Positions 48,319-57,901 of a stretch of DNA of 64,000 nt are shown here, in pieces. Origin of the DNA: Escherichia phage JacquesWildberger_Bas92; sequence record PQ850610.1. One strand, given 5' to 3'. A program made the position numbers and the translations under genes. Below the pieces are notes generated by a model that saw only the letters and a list, made by a program, of their open reading frames with translations, was not told the origin of the DNA and did no database searches. The number at the start of each line of letters is the position of its first letter. Within the stretch, counting starts at the first letter, position 1.

Positions 48319-49125
48319 TTATGCTACCTGAAGGCGTTTAATCTGCTGGTCCGCTTCTTTAACGTTATTACCGTTAATGATTTCATGAAGCTTCTCAATC
48401 GGAAGGCGAGAGTGCAATGCCATCAGAGTGGACATGTCACACTGCTGAACAACCTTGTCAACCTGATCATAAACAAACTTACGGTTTTCACGATCACTAA
48501 TCCAGAAGTTAGACAGGGAACGATATTCAATACCATAGTCCTTGTAGCGGATTGCAGATGCTTTACCGTAGAGTTCTTTACGGCGAGTGTCTTTATCCAT
48601 AATAACTGCTGGGAGGGATAGGAAGTAGTCACACAGCACACCCAGCATCATCTGAGTTTGCAGGGTGATATCCAAAGCACCAACTACGCCAAGATGTACG
48701 TGACCACCGGCAGTACGAAGCCCCTTATTTTGAGAAGTCGGGGATGGGTTCTTCTGACCAGTGAAAGCGTTGAAATCAGGAGTACATCCAAAGATGAACG
48801 CTGATTCATTGAAAGTCTTCATCTCTTCTTCAGTGAAGATGTGAGAGCTAACACCCGGAGCTGTTTCCATGTCCAGTTTGTTCAGGACATTATTGGTGAG
48901 ATCGATACCACGTTGCATGTTGTCATTAAACGCTTCAAAACCACTCTGTGGGTCAATATCAAACTCAGCCAGTACGTTGTCCTCTTGAAGACGAACATCC
49001 TTAGCCAGAGCGATCTTATCGTCCTTAGAACAACCTAACAGACCAGCTACAGAAGTGATGATTCCTTTGCTGGTACGAACGAACATTTCCGGATCCGATC
49101 CTATTAAGAATTTGCGCTTAGTCAT
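48319..49125 (-). CDS. COOH-NH2 ligase-like protein (phage amidoligase type 2)
   Basis: 268 aa; resemblance recalled from memory to the family named after phiEco32-like phages; not verified. Confidence 0.4.
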   Translation of the reverse strand: MTKRKFLIGSDPEMFVRTSKGIITSVAGLLGCSKDDKIALAKDVRLQEDNVLAEFDIDPQSGFEAFNDNMQRGIDLTNNVLNKLDMETAPGVSSHIFTEEEMKTFNESAFIFGCTPDFNAFTGQKNPSPTSQNKGLRTAGGHVHLGVVGALDITLQTQMMLGVLCDYFLSLPAVIMDKDTRRKELYGKASAIRYKDYGIEYRSLSNFWISDRENRKFVYDQVDKVVQQCDMSTLMALHSRLPIEKLHEIINGNNVKEADQQIKRLQVA

Positions 49126-50089
49126 TGTAATACTCCACTAGTTCAGAAAAGAGAGATGAGATTGTGTTACCGATTTCTTCAGGATTAAGACCAGAATCTA
49201 TTCCAGTACGCTGAATTATTCGTGCTGTAAAGTTTTGTACTGTAATGTTTTCCAACTTATTATCTATTGCTTCACGTTTGTGACCATAACAGTTGGACCA
49301 GAGTTTTAACCACTCTGACATTGTTTCATACTCATCTGGATCTTGATCTTTAGCACGAGCAAATCTTCGTAAGACATCTGTGTTGTGGTTACGAACATAA
49401 CCATTCTCGTTGTCACCAACACCGAAGGGGTTTTGAACCCATACTTGCTTCGTGTATTCATCAGAGTCAACAACCAAAGGAAGGAATGCTGCTGCTGACA
49501 TATTGTTGTCAATAACAACAGACGTGCTTTCACTACTCCCATTGGAAGCTCCTCGTTGAGACCACCTACCAAAGAAGTCACGACCCAACCCAGCTAACAA
49601 CAGAGCGATGCCAATGCGTTTACGCTTCAGCCACTCTTCCCTGTCTTCAATTCCTTCTGCTAGGAAATCCATTCCACGATACTGCCCTTCCAAAATGCTA
49701 CGGAAGAGCATAAGTCCTGTGAAGATTTGATCTGCTGGATGCTCACGGAGGTTGACAGCTACGCTATTCGCTGAAGTGATTGTGAATACATCGCGATAGC
49801 AAGACATGGAGTTCATAATATCTGCTGTTTCAACCAAGTTCTTTTCAATATAAGATGCATCATGACCGTGAAAAGAGTGAGTCCAGTAATTCAGCATCTC
49901 CAGTTGCAAGTTGATATCACGGTTGAAGCGTCTATAACGCCCCTCTTCCATGATAACTTCGCCATTAATATCGCTTACACATTGGCCTTGCATGTAGTTG
50001 TGAATACCGAAGCACCCACGACCTAAGAACTTCTGTTCCCCTAAATCTTGTTGAAGATTCAGAGGTACGATCGTTGTGGAGATTGACAT
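49118..50089 (-). CDS. hypothetical protein (part of ligase operon)
   Basis: 323 aa ORF, start overlaps upstream stop. Confidence 0.45.
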   Translation of the reverse strand: MSISTTIVPLNLQQDLGEQKFLGRGCFGIHNYMQGQCVSDINGEVIMEEGRYRRFNRDINLQLEMLNYWTHSFHGHDASYIEKNLVETADIMNSMSCYRDVFTITSANSVAVNLREHPADQIFTGLMLFRSILEGQYRGMDFLAEGIEDREEWLKRKRIGIALLLAGLGRDFFGRWSQRGASNGSSESTSVVIDNNMSAAAFLPLVVDSDEYTKQVWVQNPFGVGDNENGYVRNHNTDVLRRFARAKDQDPDEYETMSEWLKLWSNCYGHKREAIDNKLENITVQNFTARIIQRTGIDSGLNPEEIGNTISSLFSELVEYYND

Positions 50090-50099
50090 AACTAACCTT

Positions 50100-51296
50100 T
50101 TATTTTCCTAAAAATAATCCGCTCATAATACCATCCCACTCAGAGGATGGAATCACTGAATACTCCGAACTTTGGTCCAGAGTTCCACTACTAAATCTCT
50201 GAACAATGTTATAGATGTTGAACAGGTCTTTAGCCTCAGTACGGATACCGTAGACTAATTTATCAGATGTTCTTTCATCTTTAGATACCCGACGAGCAAA
50301 ATTAACCAGAAGGTTGTCACATTTAAGCGTTTCTGACCCACTCTCTACCAAATCAGGGTGCATCACAGGCAAGAACATCGAGTTATTGACTCGCAACTCT
50401 GCTGTTTCGTCATTCTCATAATGAATCCACTTAAAGTCTTCATCACGGAAGTGACCACAACCGTCTCTGTACGACTGCTGACGCCAAGGCACTTTAAATG
50501 CTTTAGCATACTTATCAGCCATGCCAACTGTAAACAACGACGCTGGGAAGATGCAAGCATCCCAATCATTACCGACCAGAGTTGCTTTCGTTTCACCCAA
50601 GAGGTTAGTATAAGTGCTAATCATTCGGGAATAAATATAAGCCTGAAGGATTGTCCAACCTTCAATCAACCATTTATGAAGGAAGGTTTCAACTTGACTC
50701 TCTTCGTCTTCGCAATAGAAGGTTCGGTCTAGCATTAAATAGAACAGACAACGATCAGCAGGGATGTTCTCAGTTGCTACACCCATAAAACCTTTCTCGT
50801 GCCAGCGTAAACAGGAGGGACGATCTTTGTCCACAAATGCTTCCATAGCTTCCAGTACAGCACGAGGTGAGGTTTGGTATTCAGGGTTTTTACTATTCCA
50901 ACGATCAATGTTGTTCTTAGGAGGTGTGTCTTCATCTTCATACGAACACCAACTTAAAGCTTCAGATACGTGCTTTTCATCACACCAATGCCTAAAACCT
51001 AACATCTTCATGTGAGTTCCGGAGTTCCAGATATGCTTGATTTTACACATATCCATCTCTCGGCTTAACAGGAACTCTTCCCCATCAGCGCTACGAACGT
51101 TAGCTTCTTCATTCCACACTCGAACGTGCATATTCCACCCATAAGTTGCCTCATACGTGTTAGGGTCGAAGTATTCATATTCGTCATCATCTTCATCAAC
51201 GCCACCGTTATAGTTGCGGAGCTGAAGGAATCCATAGCAAGGAGGATAGACCGTTAAAACTCTACCTTCAATATCTTCTAATGTTACTGGAAACAT
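50100..51296 (-). CDS. hypothetical protein (first gene of ligase operon)
   Basis: 398 aa ORF. Confidence 0.45.
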   Translation of the reverse strand: MFPVTLEDIEGRVLTVYPPCYGFLQLRNYNGGVDEDDDEYEYFDPNTYEATYGWNMHVRVWNEEANVRSADGEEFLLSREMDMCKIKHIWNSGTHMKMLGFRHWCDEKHVSEALSWCSYEDEDTPPKNNIDRWNSKNPEYQTSPRAVLEAMEAFVDKDRPSCLRWHEKGFMGVATENIPADRCLFYLMLDRTFYCEDEESQVETFLHKWLIEGWTILQAYIYSRMISTYTNLLGETKATLVGNDWDACIFPASLFTVGMADKYAKAFKVPWRQQSYRDGCGHFRDEDFKWIHYENDETAELRVNNSMFLPVMHPDLVESGSETLKCDNLLVNFARRVSKDERTSDKLVYGIRTEAKDLFNIYNIVQRFSSGTLDQSSEYSVIPSSEWDGIMSGLFLGK

Positions 51297-51307
51297 TATA
51301 CCAACCT

Positions 51308-51670
51308 CTATTGGTTTTTAATCAACTCAATAGACTTACGGATATAAAGAATATCTCGGAAGTTTCTGTAGTTGTTCATAAATTGATGCTTCTGGAACTC
51401 AGCTTCTTCCAGAGCTTTCTTTGCGTCTGCATAGCCCTTACGAGCAAGATATACAACACGCTCTGGTAACATGTTTGCACGATGGATTAGATACTTGTGA
51501 GCTTTCATGTTGCTTTGCTCACGAGCAATCTTACCTTTAGCAACTTTGATACCATTTGCAATCCAAGCAAGTTCTTGCTCAAGCTCATCGTTGGACATTC
51601 CACCGAGGTTTGATGCAACCTTGTTCAGAGTTTCAATATTAACGTTGCCCTTGATGGGACGTGTATTCAT
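51308..51670 (-). CDS. hypothetical protein
   Basis: 120 aa ORF. Confidence 0.45.
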   Translation of the reverse strand: MNTRPIKGNVNIETLNKVASNLGGMSNDELEQELAWIANGIKVAKGKIAREQSNMKAHKYLIHRANMLPERVVYLARKGYADAKKALEEAEFQKHQFMNNYRNFRDILYIRKSIELIKNQ

Positions 51671-51672
51671 AC

Positions 51673-51825
51673 TTACTCCTGTTGTTTACACTCGTCAATA
51701 ACCCACTGATAAGTGGATTGCCCAGAAAAGAAACACTGAATAAATCCAGACGTTCTCTGCGTTACCAGTGCTAGTGCACAAATCACTACCGCTGCTGCTA
51801 GCAGTTTTAAATCTAATTTAGACAT
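51673..51825 (-). CDS. small membrane protein
   Basis: Track ORF 51673..51900 contains a terminator-like hairpin near its 5' end; internal ATG 51825 (MSKLDLKLLAAAVVICALALV) with AGGA upstream preferred. Confidence 0.35.
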   Translation of the reverse strand: MSKLDLKLLAAAVVICALALVTQRTSGFIQCFFSGQSTYQWVIDECKQQE

Positions 51826-52055
51826 ATTTCCTCTCTTTGAATTTAAAAAAGGACTCTCCGAAAAGAGCCAAGCTTTAAATCCAAAAAAGATATTACCCAA
51901 TATCTGTGGATAACCTGCTCTTAAAATATCTATCCGACGGATGTTTGAGGAACACTCCTCGCCCTAGCATCGGCCCCATACGGGAAATAAATTAAGATTA
52001 GGTTAGTTGAGTCAGAATAACTCACATAGCCTTCTCCGGAAGAAGGCTATAGATG

Positions 52056-52289
52056 TTACTCGCCTTTCTTAGCACGATCTTTGGCAGTTTTGCCAGTGCG
52101 GATGCGGTGTGAAACGTTAACCAGAGTGCCGCCATCAACTACGGTAACGCTCTTGTTTTTAGCCAGATCAAACACAGCCTTCTCTGTGCCACCCAAGCGA
52201 ATTTGCTTAGGCTCACTGAAGGTTTGGGTTGATTTGGATTGGAACTGGAACGGTTGACGGATTGCATCAATTGCACTTACTTTAGACAT
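52056..52289 (-). CDS. hypothetical protein
   Basis: 77 aa ORF. Confidence 0.4.
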   Translation of the reverse strand: MSKVSAIDAIRQPFQFQSKSTQTFSEPKQIRLGGTEKAVFDLAKNKSVTVVDGGTLVNVSHRIRTGKTAKDRAKKGE

Positions 52290-52358
52290 AGGGGAAATTC
52301 CTTAAAAATTCATGGCTGCGTAGAGGGAATTCCCTACGCAAATTGGGCCGCCTAAAAA

Positions 52359-52383
52359 GAGGCGTCATAGTACTAAAAGGAGG
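52359..52383. repeat. copy 1 of repeated element ...GCGTCATAGTACTAAAAG...
   Basis: 18 bp identical to 57906-57923, similar flanks. Confidence 0.8.
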
Positions 52384-52589
52384 AGAGAAGAGGGCTTATT
52401 TAGCTACCTTTTTCTGACCATTTACGAACCAGATAATTGTGCCATCAGGCTGCCGTTGACCGAAGCCTTTAATAGTTAGCATGTCTTCCGAAAACTCTTT
52501 AAAAGTAATCATTTACTTATCCTTACATTAGAGTTAATATGATCTCTGCTTTGGCAAACTTCTCACCAACTTCGAGAGTATCAGCAATC

Positions 52590-52835
52590 CTACTCCTGAA
52601 CCACAGACATACGAATCATTTCCACCGGAGTGTCACCCTTCATAACACCCAGCACACCAGACATAAGGTTAACTGTGGTAATCCAGTCTTTTTCTACAGA
52701 GATTTTGCTGGACACATTGGCAACACGCATATAATACTGAGGTGATGCTGAACCTCGCTGGACTACGAAAGGATTTCCGGGGATGATAGTATCCAGCGGA
52801 TGTGTGTTATCTTTAATCTTAGGGATAATTTTCAT
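52590..52835 (-). CDS. hypothetical protein
   Basis: 81 aa ORF. Confidence 0.4.
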   Translation of the reverse strand: MKIIPKIKDNTHPLDTIIPGNPFVVQRGSASPQYYMRVANVSSKISVEKDWITTVNLMSGVLGVMKGDTPVEMIRMSVVQE

Positions 52836-52843
52836 CTTGATTC

Positions 52844-53155
52844 CTATTTAAGTTTGAGGCTGATATTAAGGTGCATACACGCCCTGTTCTGTACAGCGGC
52901 ATAACTTCTGCCGAGCATGTCTGCCATTCTCTGAATAGGCATGAACCCAGCATTACGAATAACAAACTGATCTTCTTCTTCCGTCCACTTGACACGAAGA
53001 GTAGCTCTGGAAATTTTGAACTTGGTACAGGCTGTGTTAACAGCATTCTCTGTAACATTCATAATCTGAGCAACCTCTTGAACCGAGTACTCTTTGATCA
53101 GTCTCCGAAGATTTTCAATCTGCATCGGAGTCCATATAGTTCTTCGTGCTTTCAT
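52844..53155 (-). CDS. DNA-binding protein with two tandem HTH-like units
   Basis: 103 aa; two similar segments starting WTPMQIENL... and WTEEEDQFV..., each followed by a helix-turn-helix-like stretch. Confidence 0.45.
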   Translation of the reverse strand: MKARRTIWTPMQIENLRRLIKEYSVQEVAQIMNVTENAVNTACTKFKISRATLRVKWTEEEDQFVIRNAGFMPIQRMADMLGRSYAAVQNRACMHLNISLKLK

Positions 53156-53649
53156 ATACCCTCCAATTAAACATTTATATAAGACTTGCTTAGATAAAGA
53201 TTCAATAAAATAGGGGGAGGGGACGAATCCTCCCTTATCCTATTAATTAGTATTGCATGTAAGACCTAACAATCGGTTTCCTTTGTAGGAATAAGCGTTA
53301 TGCTCATCCAGCACTAAACTCCCGCCCCCTTAGTGGGCTGGGTTATTAAAGGGTAACGCCCTTATGGGCTAGTTACGTGAATGTTAGTTTGATAGGAGAT
53401 CTGAAGTCCTATCTCAAAGGACTCTCGTAAGAATCCTTCACGATAAGCTCTTAATATACTAATCCGTGTAAGAGAAACACTCTCTTAGTTAACTCTGCTT
53501 TAGCTCTGTAATAAGCCGTAGAACCTAACAGGCGGCTCTTAACAAAGAACTTGATGTCATTGCTTACGTCTTGTATTAAACGCTCCTGTACAGCTTCTGA
53601 GGAGCTATTAATTGAATCAATTAACACCTTTGTAGATGTGTAATTCACA

Positions 53650-53931
53650 TCACCACTCCTTACCGGTTGTAGTTGTAGAGCCACCACACCACTGTGCATT
53701 AGATAAGGTTTTAGTCTCCTCATCCATTGCTGCACCATTCATGCATGAGATACCATTGTAACGCATATCAATTTCGCCAGAAGGAACCTTCTCACCTTTA
53801 TGCCAGCGAGATACACAAATACCTTCCACTGCTACTGCACACCATCCATCAGGACGGCTCTGTACGCAGCCTGTAAGGGCCACACAGACAATGAAGATAC
53901 AGATTAAGGATATTACACCACCCCAACTCAT
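53650..53931 (-). CDS. lipoprotein
   Basis: 93 aa; signal peptide with lipobox LTGC (ICIFIVCVALTGC). Confidence 0.5.
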   Translation of the reverse strand: MSWGGVISLICIFIVCVALTGCVQSRPDGWCAVAVEGICVSRWHKGEKVPSGEIDMRYNGISCMNGAAMDEETKTLSNAQWCGGSTTTTGKEW

Positions 53932-53950
53932 AACTATCTCCTAATTGATT

Positions 53951-53980
53951 TGGTGCGCCCTACAGGATTTGAACCTGTAA
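53951..53980 (-). pseudogene. tRNA 3' fragment (T-arm, acceptor 3' strand and CCA) without a 5' half
   Basis: Minus strand reads ACAGGTTCAAATCCTGTAGGGCGCACCA; no complementary GCGCCCT 5' strand or D/anticodon arms could be folded in the 79 nt up to the next tRNA. Confidence 0.35.
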
Positions 53981-54029
53981 CCAATAGCTTAGAAGTAAAA
54001 CTTCTATCCTTGTAATGAAGTTTTCATTG

Positions 54030-54104
54030 TGGCGTTCCCTCGTGGAATCGAACCACGAATAAGAGCTTAGAAGGCTCCAGTTATATCCGTTTAACTAAGG
54101 GAAC
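54030..54104 (-). tRNA. tRNA-Arg (anticodon UCU)
   Basis: 75 nt cloverleaf folded by hand: acceptor GTTCCCT/AGGGAAC, D stem GTTA/TAAC, anticodon stem GGAGC/GCTCT with loop CTTCTAA, T stem CGTGG/CCACG with loop TTCGATT, discriminator G, encoded CCA. Confidence 0.8.
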
Positions 54105-54110
54105 ATTACA

Positions 54111-54461
54111 ATGAAAACTTGCACAACCTGTCACACCCAAAAGGAAGATTCAGATTTTTACAAGAAAGGAGATCGACTTCATTCTATGTGTAAACAATGT
54201 TTCAATGCCTACTGTATTGAACGTTGGAGGCAAAGAAAGACTCAAGCGGTTAAAGATTTCGGAGGTAAATGTCATGACTGCAATCAAGAATACCCCGATG
54301 CAGTCTTTGATTTCCACCACCTAGACCCCTCTGAAAAAGATTTTGATTGGAATAAACTTAGACTCCGATCTATTGACTCTATCAGAGAAGAGTTAAGCAA
54401 GTGCGTAATGCTCTGTGCTAACTGCCACCGTATTCGTCACATTGATTACCCTATCCATTGA
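54111..54461 (+). CDS. HNH endonuclease (lone plus-strand gene in the minus-strand block)
   Basis: 116 aa; CxxC...C.DC...HHLDP...NCHRIRH pattern. Confidence 0.7.
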   Translation: MKTCTTCHTQKEDSDFYKKGDRLHSMCKQCFNAYCIERWRQRKTQAVKDFGGKCHDCNQEYPDAVFDFHHLDPSEKDFDWNKLRLRSIDSIREELSKCVMLCANCHRIRHIDYPIH

Positions 54462-54535
54462 GCTAAGAGCGCTTAATTTATTTAGATCATATCTCGCTTG
54501 GTGATAGGACCACACACTTTACATTCATACCAACC

Positions 54536-54787
54536 TTAAGCACATGCAGGGAGTGTGATGATTTCAGGTTTACCTTCGAACTCTTCAAACAAACCCAAGA
54601 ATGTAGGGCTATACGTACCAGTACAAACAAACTCATCAAAGAGTTCATTGTATGAGGGCTTAATCTTCCAAGCCCACACATAGCCCATCTTATCAATTGC
54701 AATGTAACGAGTGTTTAGAGGAACAGTCATCATCACACCATCAACTTCGACCACTTTAGTGATTGGTGCAGCTTGGAAGTTTTTCAT
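54536..54787 (-). CDS. hypothetical protein
   Basis: 83 aa ORF. Confidence 0.4.
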   Translation of the reverse strand: MKNFQAAPITKVVEVDGVMMTVPLNTRYIAIDKMGYVWAWKIKPSYNELFDEFVCTGTYSPTFLGLFEEFEGKPEIITLPACA

Positions 54788-54812
54788 ACTTTACCCTTAA
54801 TTAAAACAACAA

Positions 54813-54836
54813 AGGCCACCCGATTGGGCAGCCTTT
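54813..54836 (-). terminator. terminator-like hairpin with T runs on both sides
   Basis: aaaggccaccc-gatt-gggcagcc-tttttt; the same hairpin type recurs at 32935 and 27665. Confidence 0.45.
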
Positions 54837-55286
54837 TTTATTTGTTAACTGTTATAGATCCAATTACCTTGCTTGTTACGGATAGTGGACATTGCATGAA
54901 CCCAGAAGCCTTCCAGTTTCAGAGCACCATTAGTTACTGCATCCATACGTTCAGGGCGGTTCATACGTTTGGTTGATACTTTCATACCTATCTCTCTCTT
55001 TGTTAGTGGAGGCATTATTGCCAGTTGATATAGCAGATAACCCTATTAAAAGGACTACCGACTATCTAAACTGGTGAAGACTCCCTACCCCTAGAGAGTC
55101 TCCTGAATCCCAAACCAATATGTACCCCTACATATCGGAAAGTCTACCGAAAATTAACAGGTTTTAGTCTAACACCGGATGTTCGAGCAAGCTCTCCCTA
55201 GCGGTGTGGCATATGCCTGATTTAATAAGTTAATGAGGAACACCCTCACATAGCCCTCTGATAAGCACAAGGGCTATAAGTCGGTG

Positions 55287-55583
55287 TTACTTGTCGGCTT
55301 CAATCTCTTGATGCTTAGCTATAGCTACTCTCAAGTCCTCATTAGCACGAGTAAGGCGTAATACTTCATGGTTGAGATTCTGAAGACGCTTGTTTCTATC
55401 TTCAACTTGCGTAATAAGATCATTAAGAGTTTCTTTAACTTTCTCACTATACATCTCATCCACTCGGACTAGAGATTTGTACATTCTCTCCCAGCTTGCT
55501 GCTTTGTTCCTAAGGATAATAAATCCTATAACGCTGATAGTTAAACAGCTTACAAAAAGGAATTTATATATCTCTAAAGTCAT
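55287..55583 (-). CDS. membrane-anchored coiled-coil protein
   Basis: 98 aa; N-terminal hydrophobic segment then charged helix. Confidence 0.4.
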   Translation of the reverse strand: MTLEIYKFLFVSCLTISVIGFIILRNKAASWERMYKSLVRVDEMYSEKVKETLNDLITQVEDRNKRLQNLNHEVLRLTRANEDLRVAIAKHQEIEADK

Positions 55584-55782
55584 ATTATTTACCCTTTATC
55601 AGAGATTAAAAGTAATATTATTTAAGTAAGTTATATTTAGTAAACTTATTTTCTAAGAAATTTTCAAAGGGTCTATATACAGAGCATTACCCATAGTCCC
55701 AGAACACTACCATCTTTTTCAATAAATTTACTAAGTGGTTGGTTTATAAAGGAATTTAGTTTGTCAAATCTGGCACTAGAGA

Positions 55783-56172
55783 TTATTCCCTAGAGCTATT
55801 ATCGAACACTAAATCACCACAATACATAGGATTGGCATACCATTTTGGCACCCCTTCGCTCTTACTCTGAAAGTAAGTCCCACTATACAGCGGAACATAA
55901 TTCTTCTTAAGGGCACGTTTAGCAAGTCGCTCGCTTTCTCCAATGGCTTGCTTAGTCATCGGATTTTTATCACGAATCAGCTTTACATAACGTTTATAAG
56001 GTTTCTCCTGTTTTAATAGTACCGGAATCCACTCAAACTGGTTCTTTTGTCTTATCACCTGTTCAGCGGTCAGTTTTCGTTGGGCCATTCTATTTATCAC
56101 GGTATCCGCAACTAAAGCCTTACATGCGGTTGGCTGATTCCCTGCCTCATAATAAATAGTCAATGTCAACAT
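55783..56172 (-). CDS. cell-wall hydrolase (SleB-like)
   Basis: 129 aa; YYEAGNQ...VADTVINR...QF.W pattern of the SleB-type family. Confidence 0.55.
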   Translation of the reverse strand: MLTLTIYYEAGNQPTACKALVADTVINRMAQRKLTAEQVIRQKNQFEWIPVLLKQEKPYKRYVKLIRDKNPMTKQAIGESERLAKRALKKNYVPLYSGTYFQSKSEGVPKWYANPMYCGDLVFDNSSRE

Positions 56173-56426
56173 TAGCTGGGCCGTTGTTATCAGAACTTGC
56201 TACCTCCTCTCAGGATAAAACACCTTTCATGTATGCCTTACTCGAAGCCCTCCTTGTGGCTTTTAGTATGGATTGCTTAGCCTTAGTCTTAGCTTCTTCT
56301 GTCATTCCATCAAAAACACCGAGCTTAGTTAGCTCCTTACTAGGAGGCTTATAGGAAGGGTTTAAAGCATTAGATAAATTATGACCATAGGCATGACCAC
56401 GGCACAATAAAGAAGAAAGATTAAGC

Positions 56427-56792
56427 CTATGGATTTACACATTGACCGTTACCGGATGCGATTTCATTCATTGACTCATCAAACAAGGTTAGGGATGAGC
56501 GCATCAAGTGATCGACCGTGATTTGTTTACCGGTAGTTTCATTTACCAGTTGAATAGTTTTATCATATGATTGCACATGATCGAAATCATTTACATGCAA
56601 AATAATAACTTTAGGTGACTTTTTACCAGTCGAATAGTTTTCTATCAAATAGGTGCACTGTAAACCTTCCACCGTATCAGGGGAAAATGTTGCAGCCTTT
56701 ACACTACCCATAGCCGATAGGAGAACGCCCAGCAGGAGAACGACCAGAAAAAAACCTACAACCATTTTAATGATGAATTTAATAAACCACAT
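56427..56792 (-). CDS. secreted or membrane-anchored protein
   Basis: 121 aa; N-terminal hydrophobic signal-like segment. Confidence 0.4.
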   Translation of the reverse strand: MWFIKFIIKMVVGFFLVVLLLGVLLSAMGSVKAATFSPDTVEGLQCTYLIENYSTGKKSPKVIILHVNDFDHVQSYDKTIQLVNETTGKQITVDHLMRSSLTLFDESMNEIASGNGQCVNP

Positions 56793-56895
56793 AACTATAA
56801 ACCTTTTAATCAGAGGATGTAAGAATAAAGCATATCAGCGACGAATAACGCCACTGTAACGACGAATAAGCAACGCCAGAAAAAATCATTAAGCA

Positions 56896-57141
56896 TCATT
56901 TTAATCCGTGATTCAGTAGGTTCGCCAGTGATAGCCCACCGTCAAAATAAATTGAACGGAAGTCATCGCGGGTAATTTCAATCCCTACAGCAGATAACCA
57001 ATCTTTGGCCTTTTTAAAATCCATGACGCAGAAAGTAACGGTCGGGATTATTACATCACCAGCTTGCAAGCTAAACGCAATAAAAGTATCACACACAAAA
57101 CAAGAAAATCCGCTAGACAATTTAACTTCTTTGATAGCCAT
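56896..57141 (-). CDS. hypothetical protein
   Basis: 81 aa ORF. Confidence 0.35.
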   Translation of the reverse strand: MAIKEVKLSSGFSCFVCDTFIAFSLQAGDVIIPTVTFCVMDFKKAKDWLSAVGIEITRDDFRSIYFDGGLSLANLLNHGLK

Positions 57142-57155
57142 AATTTTAACCCTTA

Positions 57156-57644
57156 TTATTTAGCACTGATGCAATTAGCTAGGTTGATGTGTACGGTATA
57201 AACCGCATTATTCTCACTATTGTAAACCGTGGTGGCAAGCATTGATTCGTTTATCGGGCCATAACTGACTAGATTTGTAACAGCTTTCGCATGTTTGTAA
57301 CGTTGTACAGTGCCAAATGTAACTAGTTCGGGATCGTTATCAGTGCGCTTTAATAGCAAATCATCATTGCCCTGATTATCTAGTGTTTTGGTACTAACGA
57401 CCAGACCATCACGGGAAACGTTACTAAATTTAACCTTTAAGACGATTTGATTGGTGTCACTATCCGCACCGTTACAGATTAACCATTTGTTAGGTGCATC
57501 CTTCACGAACAAACTAGCGGCATTATTAGCAGAAGCAGAACTAGCGATAGCGTTGTCAGAAAAAGAAGTTACCAGTGCACTGACACCGATGGCTGTAACC
57601 AGTGCATAACTTGCCAGATTAATAGTCTGCATTACTTTCGCCAT
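57156..57644 (-). CDS. secreted protein with signal peptide
   Basis: 162 aa; N-terminal signal-like sequence (LASYALVTAIGVSALVTSFS). Confidence 0.45.
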   Translation of the reverse strand: MAKVMQTINLASYALVTAIGVSALVTSFSDNAIASSASANNAASLFVKDAPNKWLICNGADSDTNQIVLKVKFSNVSRDGLVVSTKTLDNQGNDDLLLKRTDNDPELVTFGTVQRYKHAKAVTNLVSYGPINESMLATTVYNSENNAVYTVHINLANCISAK

Positions 57645-57751
57645 TTTTGCTACTCCTTAGATAGAATCAATTAACTATTGCCACTTCTATAATACAAAGA
57701 CGGTATTCAAGGTTACTACTCATACTTATACCTCCTGTTTTACGGGCATAA

Positions 57752-57781
57752 AAAGCCCCAGCCGTAGCCGGGGCAAACCTG
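57752..57781 (-). terminator. rho-independent terminator (minus strand)
   Basis: Minus-strand hairpin ccccggc-tacg-gctgggg followed by TTTTT. Confidence 0.5.
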
Positions 57782-57901
57782 AAAGCAACGCATGACCGTT
57801 GCTATAAATACACTCGCAAATGCACTTACAGCAACGCAAAAAGCCGCTCAAAGGCGGCTATGTGGAAGCTTCAAATGGGGAGAGGGCACGACGCGGCAGA
57901 A

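Noticed and set aside
53951-54029. A second complete tRNA gene next to tRNA-Arg
   Set aside because: Only the T-arm, acceptor 3' strand and CCA are present; the upstream 50 nt fold as a 6 bp stem with a 5 nt loop and cannot form D or anticodon arms. Kept as a fragment, not a tRNA.
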